Of a stretch of DNA of 64,000 nucleotides, positions 12,001-19,715 are shown piece after piece. Numbering within the stretch: position 1 is the first letter of the stretch; each line of letters begins with the position of its first letter. The notes below the pieces were generated by a model that saw only the letters and a list, made by a program, of their open reading frames with translations, did not search any database and was not told where the DNA came from. Source of the stretch: Candidatus Omnitrophota bacterium (lineage in GTDB: Bacteria > Omnitrophota > Gorgyraeia > Gygaellales > Profunditerraquicolaceae); contig JAPLLX010000004.1 in assembly GCA_026387335.1 (NCBI GenBank), forward strand, positions 189,485-253,484. Reading direction: 5' to 3'. A program made the translations under genes and the position numbers.

Positions 12001-15000
12001 CGTATATGGATTTGCTAATAAATTTATAGCGGCTTTCCCTGCTTGACTCTCAACTCCAAATCTTGCGGCTAAACGCGAACCTAAAGAAGGGGCAATTTCT
12101 TTTGCTGTAGCTACTACACCTCTCCCTAAAGAACCTACTGGATAACCCAACATAGCCCAGAATAATGCATCCTTTGCCAGATCTCCCCCGGATGCCTGTA
12201 TCTCGCCGTTAAGCAACTGGTCTCTTTGTTTAATAAGGTTATCGGCTTTCTCCCATAAACGGTTTCTCCAATAATTTGGTTCTGCCCCTAGCCATTCATT
12301 CGGTTTATCTATAAGATAAGCTAAAGGCGCGCCTAATATATCTATCATTGCAGCATACCCGCTGGAGCCCGCTTTAAGATAATTCTTAATTTTACCCTCA
12401 GAGGTATCCTCTAGGGGAATTGAAATTCCGGCAATACTAAGCTTACCTTTAAATTCTTCTCCTTCAATGGCTTTATTGAGATTGTTGATAGCGGTATTTA
12501 ATTTTTCTCCATTCACACCGGGATCAAACCTGGAATCGCCTGTATCATTATGAATTTTTGTGATTCGTTGTAGCACTGCGCTTCTTTGCGCGTCACTATG
12601 CTGTTGATAAATATCCGCTACCCATTTTTCAAAACCTGCAAAATTAGAAGGTAAGGTAGCTATTTTACCCGAACGATAATCATCAACCCATTGATTCCAA
12701 CCCAATTTTTTAGCATTTTCTTGATAATACTCAGAATAGGATGTAGTATTTTCTTTGTCTGTTTTATTTAAAGCGTCAACGCGGGTTAATAATTCGGCTT
12801 TCTTAATAACTGCCTTTTGTTCATCATTAAGCTTACCCTTAACATAAACTTCTTCAGTTAATCCTGCTTTTTCAGCTTCTGCTTTATTAAACCCCTTAAG
12901 CTGGCTGATATCGTAAAACCCAATTTTCTTAGAATAAGTGCGCATATACTCAGCCAGGCCTGTTTTGCTGTTCAAATCAGCTATATCTGATTTAATTTCA
13001 TCTTCTGTTGCCCATCCTTTATTTACCAGGTCTTGCATAAAGGCTATCCTTACTTTATCATCCTGGGGACGAGCCTTAAAATTAAGGAAGGCGTCAATTG
13101 CAATCGCGCTATTCAAAAGTTTGCTTGTGCCATTAAAATCTTCTTTATCAAGCGATTTCCGCGCTTTCTCTAAAAGGCCTTTAATTTTTTCGTCTTTTTT
13201 AGTCTCGTTTGATTTTTCTAATTCCTTCAGCGGCTTCTCTAAATTCTCCCTCATTTCCTTCTTTGTAACAAATTTCTCTTTGCCATCCTCCTTCGTAAAA
13301 TAAACTTCTTCACTAGTCTTTAACGAATAGTTCTTTTGGCTCATCTCATTCTTAGAAGGCTGGCCGTTAGGAAAATCAATCGTTCCCGAAGCCTTAGTGG
13401 ATTGAAGATAAGTTATACTGGCTACTCCTTTTTTCTCATCCGTGCTTAAAGACCAGGGCATCTTAAATCCCTTAGGAGCGGCATAAGCTAAACCTTCAGC
13501 CTGAGTAATAACCTTGTATTGCACATCGCCGTTAATACCCACGCCCAACATTACCGGAACGGAACTCTCTTCAGAAGGAAGAATAACTGCCCCTAATCTA
13601 TCTTTGACTTTTACCACCTGGGTTTCGCCTTTTTCGCCCAAGACAAAATATTTATCTTTATTCAGCGCGGCATCGGTTTTCTGACCCCAAATGCCATCTG
13701 TTTTTACTTTTAAGTCCGCCTGTAATTTCTCTACCGCTGTTTTATACAGCGGATCTTTATCGCCTTTTATAACAGCGGCTTTATCTAAATAACCTTTCTC
13801 CTTTAAAATACCTACCTTATCCTTAAAGGCTTTATCAGCTGTTGACCCTTCCATACCTTCATTCATAAACGGCAAGGCCTTAATTAAAAGAGCTGGGCGC
13901 GCTATGCCGTCTTCCTTATTCACCAGCAGCTCTTGGCCGATAATCGGCGATGTGCCTACCCCTGCTTTTCCTCCGTCTTTCACATTAGTCAAAGCCCAGA
14001 TAACTTGATGCCTGTCCTGCAATTCAGAATCAAATAAAATCTTATCTTTCGGAGTAACCCAATTCCATACGCCGGCCTTATCCTTTTCCTGAACCGCGTA
14101 ATTAGCGAAAGATGAAACGATATGCAGAACGCCGGCTTTGCTGCCTACTCCATTAATAATAATTCTATCTTTATTCTTGGTATCTATTTTGCTACCCGGC
14201 TCAGAATCTTTCAGGTAAGGTTTGGCGAGAAAAGTTTCGGTGAGTTGGCCAACGCCTTCAATTTCACCATTTGCCTTAAAGGAAATCTCCGCCTCTTTTT
14301 GATTATAGTTAGCGCCTATCCAATGAAGGTTTACATGGCTAATCTTGCCGTCCGGGCCTAAATTTATTGCCACATTACGAAGCAGACTCATACCATCAGG
14401 GAAATCTAAACCCGCGACTATAACTCTCCCCTTAGAAACATCTACATTATCGTAAATGACTACTTTACTTGCAGGGTCAATAAGGTTATATTTCTTGGTT
14501 TTTTGGTCTTGCACTAATTTATAAACGCCTTCATATGTCTCCACAGTCTTATCTTTATTAATCTCATAGGATTTGGAGGTCCTGGCGCCGCTATACTTTA
14601 TCCCCTGCGCTTCGGTAACCAGGTCAAATTTAAATTTATCCTCCTTATCAAAATCCATACCCGTCAATATTCCGCTTTTACTAAAATATACCGGGCCGGT
14701 TGGATTTTGCTGATAACGTTCATGATCTATTTCATAAGTAAAGTCTCTGGATAATTTAGGGAGAGACTCGGAATTATTTTGAACTCTTAGTTCGTTTTTA
14801 CTGTCATCCCAGGGAACAGAAATAATATCTTTTCCCGCCTGATCCTTAGCCACAGTTACTTTAACCTTTTTCTCCTTATCATTATCATTAATAAGGTAGC
14901 TCTCTTTTACTCCGTCTTTAGTTGATTCTTGTAATTTCCAACCTTCTAGAGGACCATTTTTCTCATATAAAGAAGCGCTATTCTCAAGGCCACGGGATAG

Positions 15001-18000
15001 TGAAGGATTAACTGCGCCGGAAAAAACTAAAGGAGCTGGACCGCCCCAATGCTGGATAGGCCTGATATTAAATTCTTTGCTCGTTGCAGCGTCTGTTCCC
15101 TTGAACGCTAACTGGCCGACTAAAGGTGAGTTGCCTTTTAAAACTACTTCGGAGGTATCTTTACCTGTTTGCCTGGCTACTTCCCAATCAAGACTATGCC
15201 CCTTTTGCACAGCATTCCCAAAGATTACCTCATCGGGAATTTCATTTCCGATTCTATACGCAGCCCAAGAACTTATAATATAGCTAACGCCGTTACTGAG
15301 AAACTCTTTAAGTTTTTCGGCTGAGTTTATATTCTTGATTTCCCCTATTAGTTTAGCCTGAAGCCGGGAGTCTTTTATCTTCCCGCCTTTTGCATCAGTA
15401 AACTCTCCTTTTTCTGCTGCTTCTATTAATACAGTCTTACCTGTTTCAAAATCTTTGTCTATCTTCTTTATTAACTCCGGGTTAAAGTATAATCTTTCTG
15501 TTATTTTCTCCTTGAGATATGTTTCCGAAAGCGTACTATCATTTACGCCAATTGTAAGAATACCTTTATTCTCTTTGTCGCCTCCCGGCCTTATGCCTAA
15601 AGAATTAAAAGTAATGCTTCCGTCTTTATGCACAGAGTAAGAAGTAACCAGGCGCGTATTCCTATCTCCTTCTGCAATCGGAGTATTATCGCCTTTTGAG
15701 TTATCTCGGACCATCTCAAATCCGTTTTCTCCCGACCATTTTGCTCCTTTGGCAAAATTAAGGCTGCTTAAATCCAACCCTACAATATTACCATTCTGGT
15801 GATCAATGTTGGCCACCCAGCCGCCAAAACCCCTGGCAGTAGTCATGGGTATTTTGTTAGAATCTTGAAAAGAACCTGCTCTTGTTAACGCTACCATATC
15901 AGTCTGCGGAGATTCTTTCCCCTCGCCGCCGGCTTTGGGCGTTGGTATAATTAAGTCTCCGTTTACAAGCAAAACAGGGTTGCCGCCAAACTCACCTAAG
16001 TCATAAATAGTGCCTTTTGTCTTTGCAACTATTGATTTATTATCAAACAGTGCGCTGAGAACGTCTTGCTTAGGGACTGGAGTCATAAGAGATTCGCCAC
16101 CTAGTTTACTTTCTAGAAAGTTATCAGCAGGCTTAGAAGACATAATTTCCTGTCTATAACGCTGCTCATATTCTCCCCGGGCATAAGAAAGCTTGGCATC
16201 AAAAGTCTGCTTGCCAAGCACATCAAAGGTGTATAGATAATCTAACTGTCTTAATGTAAGGTCGTTCTCAACGCCGTTTACATCTTTAATTTTTTCAAAC
16301 TTCTTGGTGTCGCCGGGATTAATTATTTCTTTTATAAAAGCTCCGTCGCCGTAAAAATTACCGTCGCCAATGGTAATCTCTCCGGATTGTTCTTTTCGAT
16401 GTCCCAGATACGTGCTGCTATCAAAACGCACGCCCGTATATTTGTCGGCGTAATAAGCCTGGCCTTTTATATTGTCTTTACCCCTAATTGCAAATTCCGG
16501 CACTTTCCATTGAGCGCCCTTGGCATAGTTTAAAGAATTAGGATCTAAACTTAACTGGCCGTCTTTATTATGCACCAAAACCCCTACGGTCCCGGTCATC
16601 TTGTTAACTTCGGCTGACGCGGATTCAACATTCACTACCACACCAGACCCAGGCCCATAAAGGCTCTTAGCATAATCTAAGAATGGCGATCCTGCGTTCT
16701 TTACAACCCAAGTTAACCACTTTTCTGTTTCAGTTGCTTCAACACCCGCCGCCGGCCCAGAATTTTGTAGAGATGTTTTAAATTTTTTGGCCCTATCAAG
16801 ATAATCAGCAGCAGGATAGCTATCTTCCGACAGCTTTTTATTTCCTGCTTGATCTCGGGGTTTAGAATTGGCATTAGTATTATAAGCACTAGTCTCTGGA
16901 AGCAGCAGCTTTAAGCTAACGCTCTCATCGATATTAGAGCTAATGGATATATTCTTCTTTATGAAATCCTTATTTGCTTGTGAGTCATATTTATTAGAAA
17001 GCGGGTTACCGTTAAATTCACTGCGATACCCTGAAACATACTCCACAATATCCTTTTCGTTAAAATATTGATATAAGCCTGTATCTCCCCATAAAACTGC
17101 CGGAACCATCTTGATGTTAATAGTAGAAGTAATGCCTGATTCCTTAGCCTTGATTACCGTAGGAAAGAAGGTCGGATAGATTATGTCCCTGCCTAAGCCG
17201 ACCAGGTTATTTACTGAGGCAAAATGCAAGGTAGACTTGGCGTAATTAACTAAAGAATAAGAGGCGGAAGGTAAAAGCGAGCTGAGGTTCCCATCATCAA
17301 TGAACTTACCCCAGTCAGTATAACCTTTTTGTTTCATTAAATAATCGGCATTGGCTTTGAAATCAGAGGTTCCGGCAAGCTGGGCAATCTTTTCTATATA
17401 TTGAATTTCAGACCAGCCGCCTGCGCCTTTGGTGTATACCGGAGAGGTGCCGCCTAAAGAAACATAATTGGTGGCGAATTCTTCAAATCGCTTATTAAAT
17501 AATCTTCCTGCATACCCTGCCCAAGATTTTTCGCCTAATTCTGCAGTTGATTTATTCGCAGCGATAATTGTGCCGGCTGCAGAATAAAGAGTGGCTGTTC
17601 CTAACCAGTTAACCCCCTCCATTTGTAATCGGGTCAGGCCCCATTTATTCTTATCTGTAACTTTATCAAAATCTCCGCCTAAAGCATTCAGCCCGGCTGA
17701 AACGCCGCCGGATAGAAGGCCGTTAAAAGCCGCTTGATCCCAAGTCAGTTTGTTGGCATTTGCTCCGGCTATGCCTCCTAAGGGCTCGCCTAATAAACGG
17801 CTATAATTAGGATGTTTCTTAAGCTCGCTGCCAAACACTCCCTGAGAAGCAGCATATTCAACAGCCAAACCTACGCCCTGAGAGATTAAAGAACCTTTCA
17901 TATCCTGTAGGGCATATAGAGCGCCCTGATAAGCTGTCGAAGGAGCCACGTAGGCGGAAGATTTTCCTCCTTCTTGAATAATATTTCCGGATATATTCTT

Positions 18001-19551
18001 TGTCACATCCATACCACCATCTCTGTAACTACCAAACGCGTAATAATGCGTCTCCGTCTTTATATTACTAATATCGTCAGGCCCGTTTTCATCTATTAAT
18101 GTTGCTACTTCTCTCGGTGTTACTTCAGTCTTGGCTTGATGTCCCATATCGAAAACAGTGCCAGAGGCAGCACCCATTGCGATGCCAAACGCTTCATAAC
18201 CTATAACGTTCCCGGCGAGATTAGCAAACTGCCGGCCAACATAAGGATTATTCTTAAATAAACTGGTATCTTTCAGCGCCTCATAGGCAAATACGCTGGC
18301 GCCGGCTTTGGCAGCGCCTAAAAGTGTTCCTCTTAAGGCACCCATCCCAATTGTAGAAAGAGTACTGTTTGGCTGGTAATAAGCAGTGGTTGCTCCGGAT
18401 AAGGCGGCGATTGTCACAGTACTTAATATTCCGGCGGAAGTAGGATCCATCCCGAAGTTCTGCACTGCTACGTTAGTCGCTGCCTGGGCAATTTGGCTAT
18501 AGAGCATTGCCTGGCCAAAAGAAGTAACTCCTTTACTTAATGCCTCGCCAGCACTAAGAGCAGATGCTGTTCCGGCTACTGAGAAATAGGAGTAGGCGGC
18601 TGGTATGGCGACAGAAGCAACCGTAATCCCTAACCCCAGCCACATATCCCCGTCAGAAGGTTCTTTAAATAAAGCAGAGACATCGGCATAGCCTTGCTTG
18701 TTGGATCTGGCGCCTAAGACTTGTTTGGCTTCGGCATCAGTCAAAGGGACAGTCCCCTGCGGGGACAGTCCCTGTATTAAGGCATAACCGGAAAAATCTT
18801 TAAGGAATTTCTCTATTGGCAGGAATTCTTCTTTATGTTCATCTAAGAAGTAAATTTTTTCACCGCTAATTTTAGTGATTAAAACATAGTGGTCGCCGTT
18901 TAGGTGAGCAATGAAAGGAGTTAAATCTGCGGATAACTCGGATAACTTAACCGGGTAAAGTTTAAGGCCGAAAAACTCTGAAGCTTTGGATAAGGCGTAA
19001 AGGGAATTTTTAATAACTTTGGGATTACCTTCCGGCTTGACTACGTCATTTAAGATATCTATGGTTAAGGCAAAAACCGCGATATCCTGCTCTTCTACCT
19101 TAACCCCTTTATAGCTTAAGTAGTCATAAAGCGACTTGGTACCGCATGGTTTACACACCAGCCAGTTAAACAACTCATCTATCCTCTGATTGGACATTTT
19201 CAGTGGTTTATCCAGGGTTATGGTCAGATTCTCTGAAACTTTTATAGCAGTTATGGGTTTATTGGCTATATCTTTGAGGATACTTTTTACTGCCTGAGGA
19301 ATGTTAAGATTTTGGACATTTTTAAGGTAATTTGGGGCAAATACGTTGTTGGAAGGAAGGCCAATAGCGGGTTTATTCCAGATTACGCGCCAGTCATATT
19401 CTACTGCCTGAGCTGCCTGTTCAGGCAAGAAGACTACGGCAACAACAAAAGCTGCCACGCGGATCCAAGGCTTAAAACTGGAGTGGAACTTTTCCTTGGC
19501 CGCTTCTTTGGTAACTGCCTTGTCTTCTATATTGGCTCTTGGCTTTATCAT
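1..19551 (-). CDS. Giant multi-domain membrane/surface protein, 5' part of the gene in window (start ATG about 19549-19551; ORF continues past position 1; at least 6,516 aa in window). Domains seen: N-terminal signal anchor + C39-like Cys peptidase, multi-TM Gly/Ala block, P-loop kinase-like domain, second papain-like segment, Gly-rich linker, LysM between TM helices, K/E-rich charged region, further TM helices
   Basis: Manual reverse-complement translation in the phase whose + triplets start at positions congruent to 1 mod 3. No TTA/CTA/TCA (minus-strand stops) were found across lines 1-1620 or in spot checks at 7.0, 9.7-10.2, 12.0, 15.0, 17.5 and 18.7-19.55 kb, while in-frame + strand TAA/TGA/TAG are frequent, the signature of antisense. 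The ORF track lists no minus ORF of 60 aa or more between 1505 and 19551, consistent with one ORF lacking an in-window stop. N-terminus reads MIKPRANIEDKAVTKEAAKEKFHSSFKPWIRVAAFVVAVVFLPEQAAQA... then ...NWLVCKPCGTKSLYDYLSYKGV...TPFIAHLNGDHYVLITKISGEKIYFLDE (C39-like Cys/His pattern). Confidence 0.85.
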   Translation of the reverse strand, partial: MIKPRANIEDKAVTKEAAKEKFHSSFKPWIRVAAFVVAVVFLPEQAAQAVEYDWRVIWNKPAIGLPSNNVFAPNYLKNVQNLNIPQAVKSILKDIANKPITAIKVSENLTITLDKPLKMSNQRIDELFNWLVCKPCGTKSLYDYLSYKGVKVEEQDIAVFALTIDILNDVVKPEGNPKVIKNSLYALSKASEFFGLKLYPVKLSELSADLTPFIAHLNGDHYVLITKISGEKIYFLDEHKEEFLPIEKFLKDFSGYALIQGLSPQGTVPLTDAEAKQVLGARSNKQGYADVSALFKEPSDGDMWLGLGITVASVAIPAAYSYFSVAGTASALSAGEALSKGVTSFGQAMLYSQIAQAATNVAVQNFGMDPTSAGILSTVTIAALSGATTAYYQPNSTLSTIGMGALRGTLLGAAKAGASVFAYEALKDTSLFKNNPYVGRQFANLAGNVIGYEAFGIAMGAASGTVFDMGHQAKTEVTPREVATLIDENGPDDISNIKTETHYYAFGSYRDGGMDVTKNISGNIIQEGGKSSAYVAPSTAYQGALYALQDMKGSLISQGVGLAVEYAASQGVFGSELKKHPNYSRLLGEPLGGIAGANANKLTWDQAAFNGLLSGGVSAGLNALGGDFDKVTDKNKWGLTRLQMEGVNWLGTATLYSAAGTIIAANKSTAELGEKSWAGYAGRLFNKRFEEFATNYVSLGGTSPVYTKGAGGWSEIQYIEKIAQLAGTSDFKANADYLMKQKGYTDWGKFIDDGNLSSLLPSASYSLVNYAKSTLHFASVNNLVGLGRDIIYPTFFPTVIKAKESGITSTINIKMVPAVLWGDTGLYQYFNEKDIVEYVSGYRSEFNGNPLSNKYDSQANKDFIKKNISISSNIDESVSLKLLLPETSAYNTNANSKPRDQAGNKKLSEDSYPAADYLDRAKKFKTSLQNSGPAAGVEATETEKWLTWVVKNAGSPFLDYAKSLYGPGSGVVVNVESASAEVNKMTGTVGVLVHNKDGQLSLDPNSLNYAKGAQWKVPEFAIRGKDNIKGQAYYADKYTGVRFDSSTYLGHRKEQSGEITIGDGNFYGDGAFIKEIINPGDTKKFEKIKDVNGVENDLTLRQLDYLYTFDVLGKQTFDAKLSYARGEYEQRYRQEIMSSKPADNFLESKLGGESLMTPVPKQDVLSALFDNKSIVAKTKGTIYDLGEFGGNPVLLVNGDLIIPTPKAGGEGKESPQTDMVALTRAGSFQDSNKIPMTTARGFGGWVANIDHQNGNIVGLDLSSLNFAKGAKWSGENGFEMVRDNSKGDNTPIAEGDRNTRLVTSYSVHKDGSITFNSLGIRPGGDKENKGILTIGVNDSTLSETYLKEKITERLYFNPELIKKIDKDFETGKTVLIEAAEKGEFTDAKGGKIKDSRLQAKLIGEIKNINSAEKLKEFLSNGVSYIISSWAAYRIGNEIPDEVIFGNAVQKGHSLDWEVARQTGKDTSEVVLKGNSPLVGQLAFKGTDAATSKEFNIRPIQHWGGPAPLVFSGAVNPSLSRGLENSASLYEKNGPLEGWKLQESTKDGVKESYLINDNDKEKKVKVTVAKDQAGKDIISVPWDDSKNELRVQNNSESLPKLSRDFTYEIDHERYQQNPTGPVYFSKSGILTGMDFDKEDKFKFDLVTEAQGIKYSGARTSKSYEINKDKTVETYEGVYKLVQDQKTKKYNLIDPASKVVIYDNVDVSKGRVIVAGLDFPDGMSLLRNVAINLGPDGKISHVNLHWIGANYNQKEAEISFKANGEIEGVGQLTETFLAKPYLKDSEPGSKIDTKNKDRIIINGVGSKAGVLHIVSSFANYAVQEKDKAGVWNWVTPKDKILFDSELQDRHQVIWALTNVKDGGKAGVGTSPIIGQELLVNKEDGIARPALLIKALPFMNEGMEGSTADKAFKDKVGILKEKGYLDKAAVIKGDKDPLYKTAVEKLQADLKVKTDGIWGQKTDAALNKDKYFVLGEKGETQVVKVKDRLGAVILPSEESSVPVMLGVGINGDVQYKVITQAEGLAYAAPKGFKMPWSLSTDEKKGVASITYLQSTKASGTIDFPNGQPSKNEMSQKNYSLKTSEEVYFTKEDGKEKFVTKKEMRENLEKPLKELEKSNETKKDEKIKGLLEKARKSLDKEDFNGTSKLLNSAIAIDAFLNFKARPQDDKVRIAFMQDLVNKGWATEDEIKSDIADLNSKTGLAEYMRTYSKKIGFYDISQLKGFNKAEAEKAGLTEEVYVKGKLNDEQKAVIKKAELLTRVDALNKTDKENTTSYSEYYQENAKKLGWNQWVDDYRSGKIATLPSNFAGFEKWVADIYQQHSDAQRSAVLQRITKIHNDTGDSRFDPGVNGEKLNTAINNLNKAIEGEEFKGKLSIAGISIPLEDTSEGKIKNYLKAGSSGYAAMIDILGAPLAYLIDKPNEWLGAEPNYWRNRLWEKADNLIKQRDQLLNGEIQASGGDLAKDALFWAMLGYPVGSLGRGVVATAKEIAPSLGSRLAARFGVESQAGKAAINLLANPYTISEVVTLVVPNVVSLCTTGEFLPRETNALLAIAGLATPVASKVLSSLIVEGATLASPFLAKVGYAMGTQAPLWGQINLTTAVIGNLVGLNETGTARALSFGEGLGIYGEGLRDGAAFGLALTGAGALVANGGIIKNTINNLSTALRINTESSIVRYGTSFALGAVSLPLLSTGLKTMSGEGYLLDNIQSSYTWVNVLTGGLIGLGIKGLPAATPAGLNLARAEYGAITGAGIKLTHDSLDAYRSGNNYTFGQAVASVFGGAAIGTLAASYLGTTKNIFSPTSRAGYMAERDFSLQALYSVPTKLFNSSVRGALTWLYVSPSFTVSGALWRGALVNMEHAIDGKPSVPWFAIEKRDASNNIVKGEYVDLFSSKQGQTELLSSFVYGPRSGVWMAPAIGILQTRASEKLSISENAALSIQKPFSNETLNHAWSLGVFMPGVVTGLKESVNYFGNTGKYSLASLSNLIDGNGLTPKDRAVFSTPESEFIQWAGFFRVPAAAPVMSKNERSIFGGITEMLTKRGRATIISPEEAKSNVRPDWMKPGASERIIPVDKAAEVTATGKIDSLIVGQVAYAKEGSKVFYRDGFLGRRVNSFEVTPEIKRAAETRIKSDYYNVAADPVINIYGGVKDKDQANMLEKMVLGARYVAGSVKPLVLSIFAPPSAGKSTAGIIAELGLIQNGTYGPKAKMLVVVEQSDTHADQVYDKTMGDVRRAAEKGNAFAKSIVDADRIVRWRVKDSDQPAINFADKSAVIVSEHDLQYLMGLREMPREQLSAHDKALTELLDKAVLTNTDYLDNPSLQISDGFDKISKEEFDSQKALVERAHKFLTETLNGELSLKSLDDKYEITRSRDKDGETIVDPAGNDALIEAFLRYSAGEKLEQERLDLDALRKTPEGERLVAALKASMVARAEVTGLDKLTAFDAERNKWVIIPLNPSGRAHDLRVANSLQAIADVVIHNARVRDTSRPENVEIPLNYEQVEIQGAGHAMVSFAKMLDTAEKMGAVATVLFAGAMTDRQKDTMRIVFGMDSVGEVSKPILDANLNVVGVNNVNNNAIFELGSKETSNKGKDVTIYVDTQKSEQHGDSQLSIGDFSAFYKDNTRFILDQRGIWQMVEVGRELKDAKPVSEVIKNSGRNNSPIEYVTEQIASGKGVKVLISRPNTYGIDINGVSDKAVLVAIADSKSELLPIFQGSRRLRPVSGSDFDSVDRVLIVRDLSGVDVKSLEGVKELEKLFGKNQDQADKQDLLHKERDLIRDAKFKINLLLGSLLGPKAMEKIAQVNRLEQGNDSVRQLQNVRGQADLTVEHLDTERDHGMKFLRDQWGQGDLRELYPEKPKTAQEMKAKAIVDEFILFRDAYSKIEKALRAELKNEYEGKPAYKQLTPEQVRAIFAKEFTGKDYPKFTSANMEYGVTVRGEKRGVPSAVPSEELGPVTFENFAKGQPALAEKFNNLPAETQALFVRGGYMVGRGGLNLAMQTVQLWDERERKEVNVFLNRIGLPELALPEADILITPEQSFDLAVNLAQRGYIDVSNPYRGVDSIVRVATLTSLAADKLAGTAFTPTEVERLQLGLDNPVEFLTRNLQKGNSSLESALIKFNAQRHSSIFKDKRTMGGLQQVAVAMGKTQSLIDLMPLVLPLGPTQVEAYRQLNLSGISSKVLGRLSIADYLFLNSDPLARGQLFATSTNAATRQAADLMNTFMQTQGVVKRDVLRRFVDNPQQEAQRLGLPPKEIENVAAAFRELLNSTSGKTVQYALVVETLKNKNLVNSKDIHTGLRKLGINPQFEYGLRFNDAENALVAQRTSQGQENVKFEDILINPQEHENAFFRLLGPDIASRLLGNGSSLFTRQQALEFINNIQSANPDDARLDNSLKILNGLTDDASLYLVFRALQPAQTFIAEQEFKAQGSTAVEKEMGSNWYGKDKGYEGVQVEIGPSGFLRGPDKTKNTSAQVYEPSVGEKNYTIKADSVDNFVITKDAQGKLSIRLNLAGHYNFGRGAHEAFHIAVKNIGSNPSNIVILSPNGRDIDAEATVTAQQNYANLLAEMGTLENRELSESDFSISELGVNEGLTRFLSMRALINSLNSAEDTERQNLLATESTTLGGFTGHANKVLKTEQTVDKVLNDITELFKKGELLGKIHSDVTEEKSLVDLKLNDLLEKMKKQMDTAAPVEEKAAVNDNTGGSSSISGPNAKVQILAGALSALTGARIVSSSIAETGAALEYIGKIVNRLFGAVARMLGGQKPDQTTSPLERRSPMPLPVAGTVVSGVGASSSVTRALTALDLSPASLLYAGKVIQFNTIATPNPVVGTGTGVAPPASSPTNSDSKFVGVKDIRAYKLGVIEANEFKSLAGSQSANKETSGSIRATSSPLNSGVFVSGIPTKTSSSPANNSTITDLEKAIKLLNRLLGQDYFRNNKDDRMMLEGLRQKDPTAYGTVLRAIQDRDFEKARSEMYGLIRSAVKGIMNVEDNIPHLKAVLMRWFNDSYFEDTTVNSITDEDITNRYVIGLSIIANYVKTAQLHPELQEGLSEEIIRELFNGIANGNIVAAVQKIVRKEIQELEENNERTHKKAKEELAGFFSKMQGVVKEEVRGLSTKVNDQGEEIVNLRKAIDDGDKSVLRAVEGIIQGFDGRLRIAEGKRGIQPADCLPGSFYTVDSVLAAEIEEAERKLGRGLLLNELNQIAKGRLQYYLLSPKIIESMDSNTLGNLNLIVVQSGHAFLVRGKYANGDLMVTEYNNKGEVTETRPVSIESVALYNGKIVSIIHWNNVSAVENYKKENNLDDKDIREIKKEEMDEVSGVIGYIQELNGSSGGGSAQGGTGTGAAAGNGGAAAGPKGTGKGKGGFGEGPEAANFNLTNGASEAYGIVDWLNIISEDRKRVSGLAPPTVILSSSSAVNIKNILSNISNAYLTAGIFLFVSLVLPIQSFAATAANNILTVGKGDTWGHIVLEYFGKSGMKLWGEKGRAIETWRQVKGANQSYSAMDHINAGQQIDVSKILTVPGVPPAPQAPKGEESILSKILDYFTTNPKMIWAIAIVAIIILGLIAVKIYLNHRAEKVRKAAEEAAKLATQQEAERKAAEERDRLAKETVTKKVTEDAKKTPEAADKANVEGIKDEKIVDEKGHVSAKDNAGVQAEVTAENKQDPVNATASKDLFSTANDLLILGNSEYDAEEYFKALATYQKVEGILIKYSLEVKDQLTNAVISEESKAALIKQALELNNKLYEIEVKIAGCSSKITSEATNFANQINPGKANGGSSPVRELPVSANIPIETVTVSSSPINKLVTTSFLGTLRNILEKGRSYFRLEASITAQPKETGVGVTNLSLAPPLARIAASVSNFLIQMYRVIIGGGKNGKPNVEISGRNEKDRIRVFEGRISRSSLKSYSNELRGQGHYRTETPSLRLLEARFVKPVSNHAKGYNGLSPPCAALIAILLNSAVVISLLLVLSFTNSDINNLINLTRPLAFSVAGELAAYVVVNGGAGALLQGLTPLVAAITTIIEGGVPCVLSMLMILGLITLLTSPRTTLLLPQLVRTPAVISGSSSLTMLWELSTRATAVPIVGRRSSALRASSSVSRLAMQGDVFPSTKSTARTTKNRDGSVREPSLTVGSSPVFSSPIKKSSKTYWLKIVTVVALLVISAFTAIYHIHGRHERIQPTIEALRKADPAIFTKEDKVFKDFKSLVKYLMEIARVNRNLELGADYCYLGKDGWHLKIGAIGEEDGVVIKNIPGSILLHFHTSNGELSLEDLYSTLNRQSIIVSPDEVLVFKDEHKEKHNKFRGIFERAGNQAEALRRGKKVSEEKYLGKFMDLLKEHTSEEDHNGIYQDIFVQAGGEYLETIENIRVALGLKIIKFTWTSSSPAASSSVNVTYNSQGRLVKYASGEAITETIDGIEVITITKQASEVLAETARIKKNLEEFDFLGITKLSAEARKAEASKALGLEPDASKKTIKTMYRGLARLFHSDTSPVKVDGIYIQTLNSIKETLEESSSSSANKALDMAILNIIE

Positions 19552-19715
19552 TTTATTTTTATATTACTATATACATAAAATGCAAAATAAAAGTTCCCCT
19601 TTACCCCATTACTCTTTTTAGCTTGCGAGTGAGAGTCTTTCATATTTTGTTTTATAAAGCGTTTGTAAAATCCCTTACTAAGCTTCTAAAAAGAAAAACC
19701 GAACTGTCAAATTTC

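Noticed and set aside
18747-18774. Tandem palindrome gggacagtcccctgcggggacagtccc
   Set aside because: It is in-frame coding sequence of the giant gene (GLSPQGTVPL) and is probably coincidental. It is only mentioned for its resemblance to the hairpin-repeat core.
167-19578. About 45 short + strand ORFs listed in the track across the first 19.5 kb
   Set aside because: All lie antisense to the continuous minus-strand giant ORF. The + strand shows frequent in-frame TAA/TGA/TAG in the coding phase, and none is longer than 148 aa.
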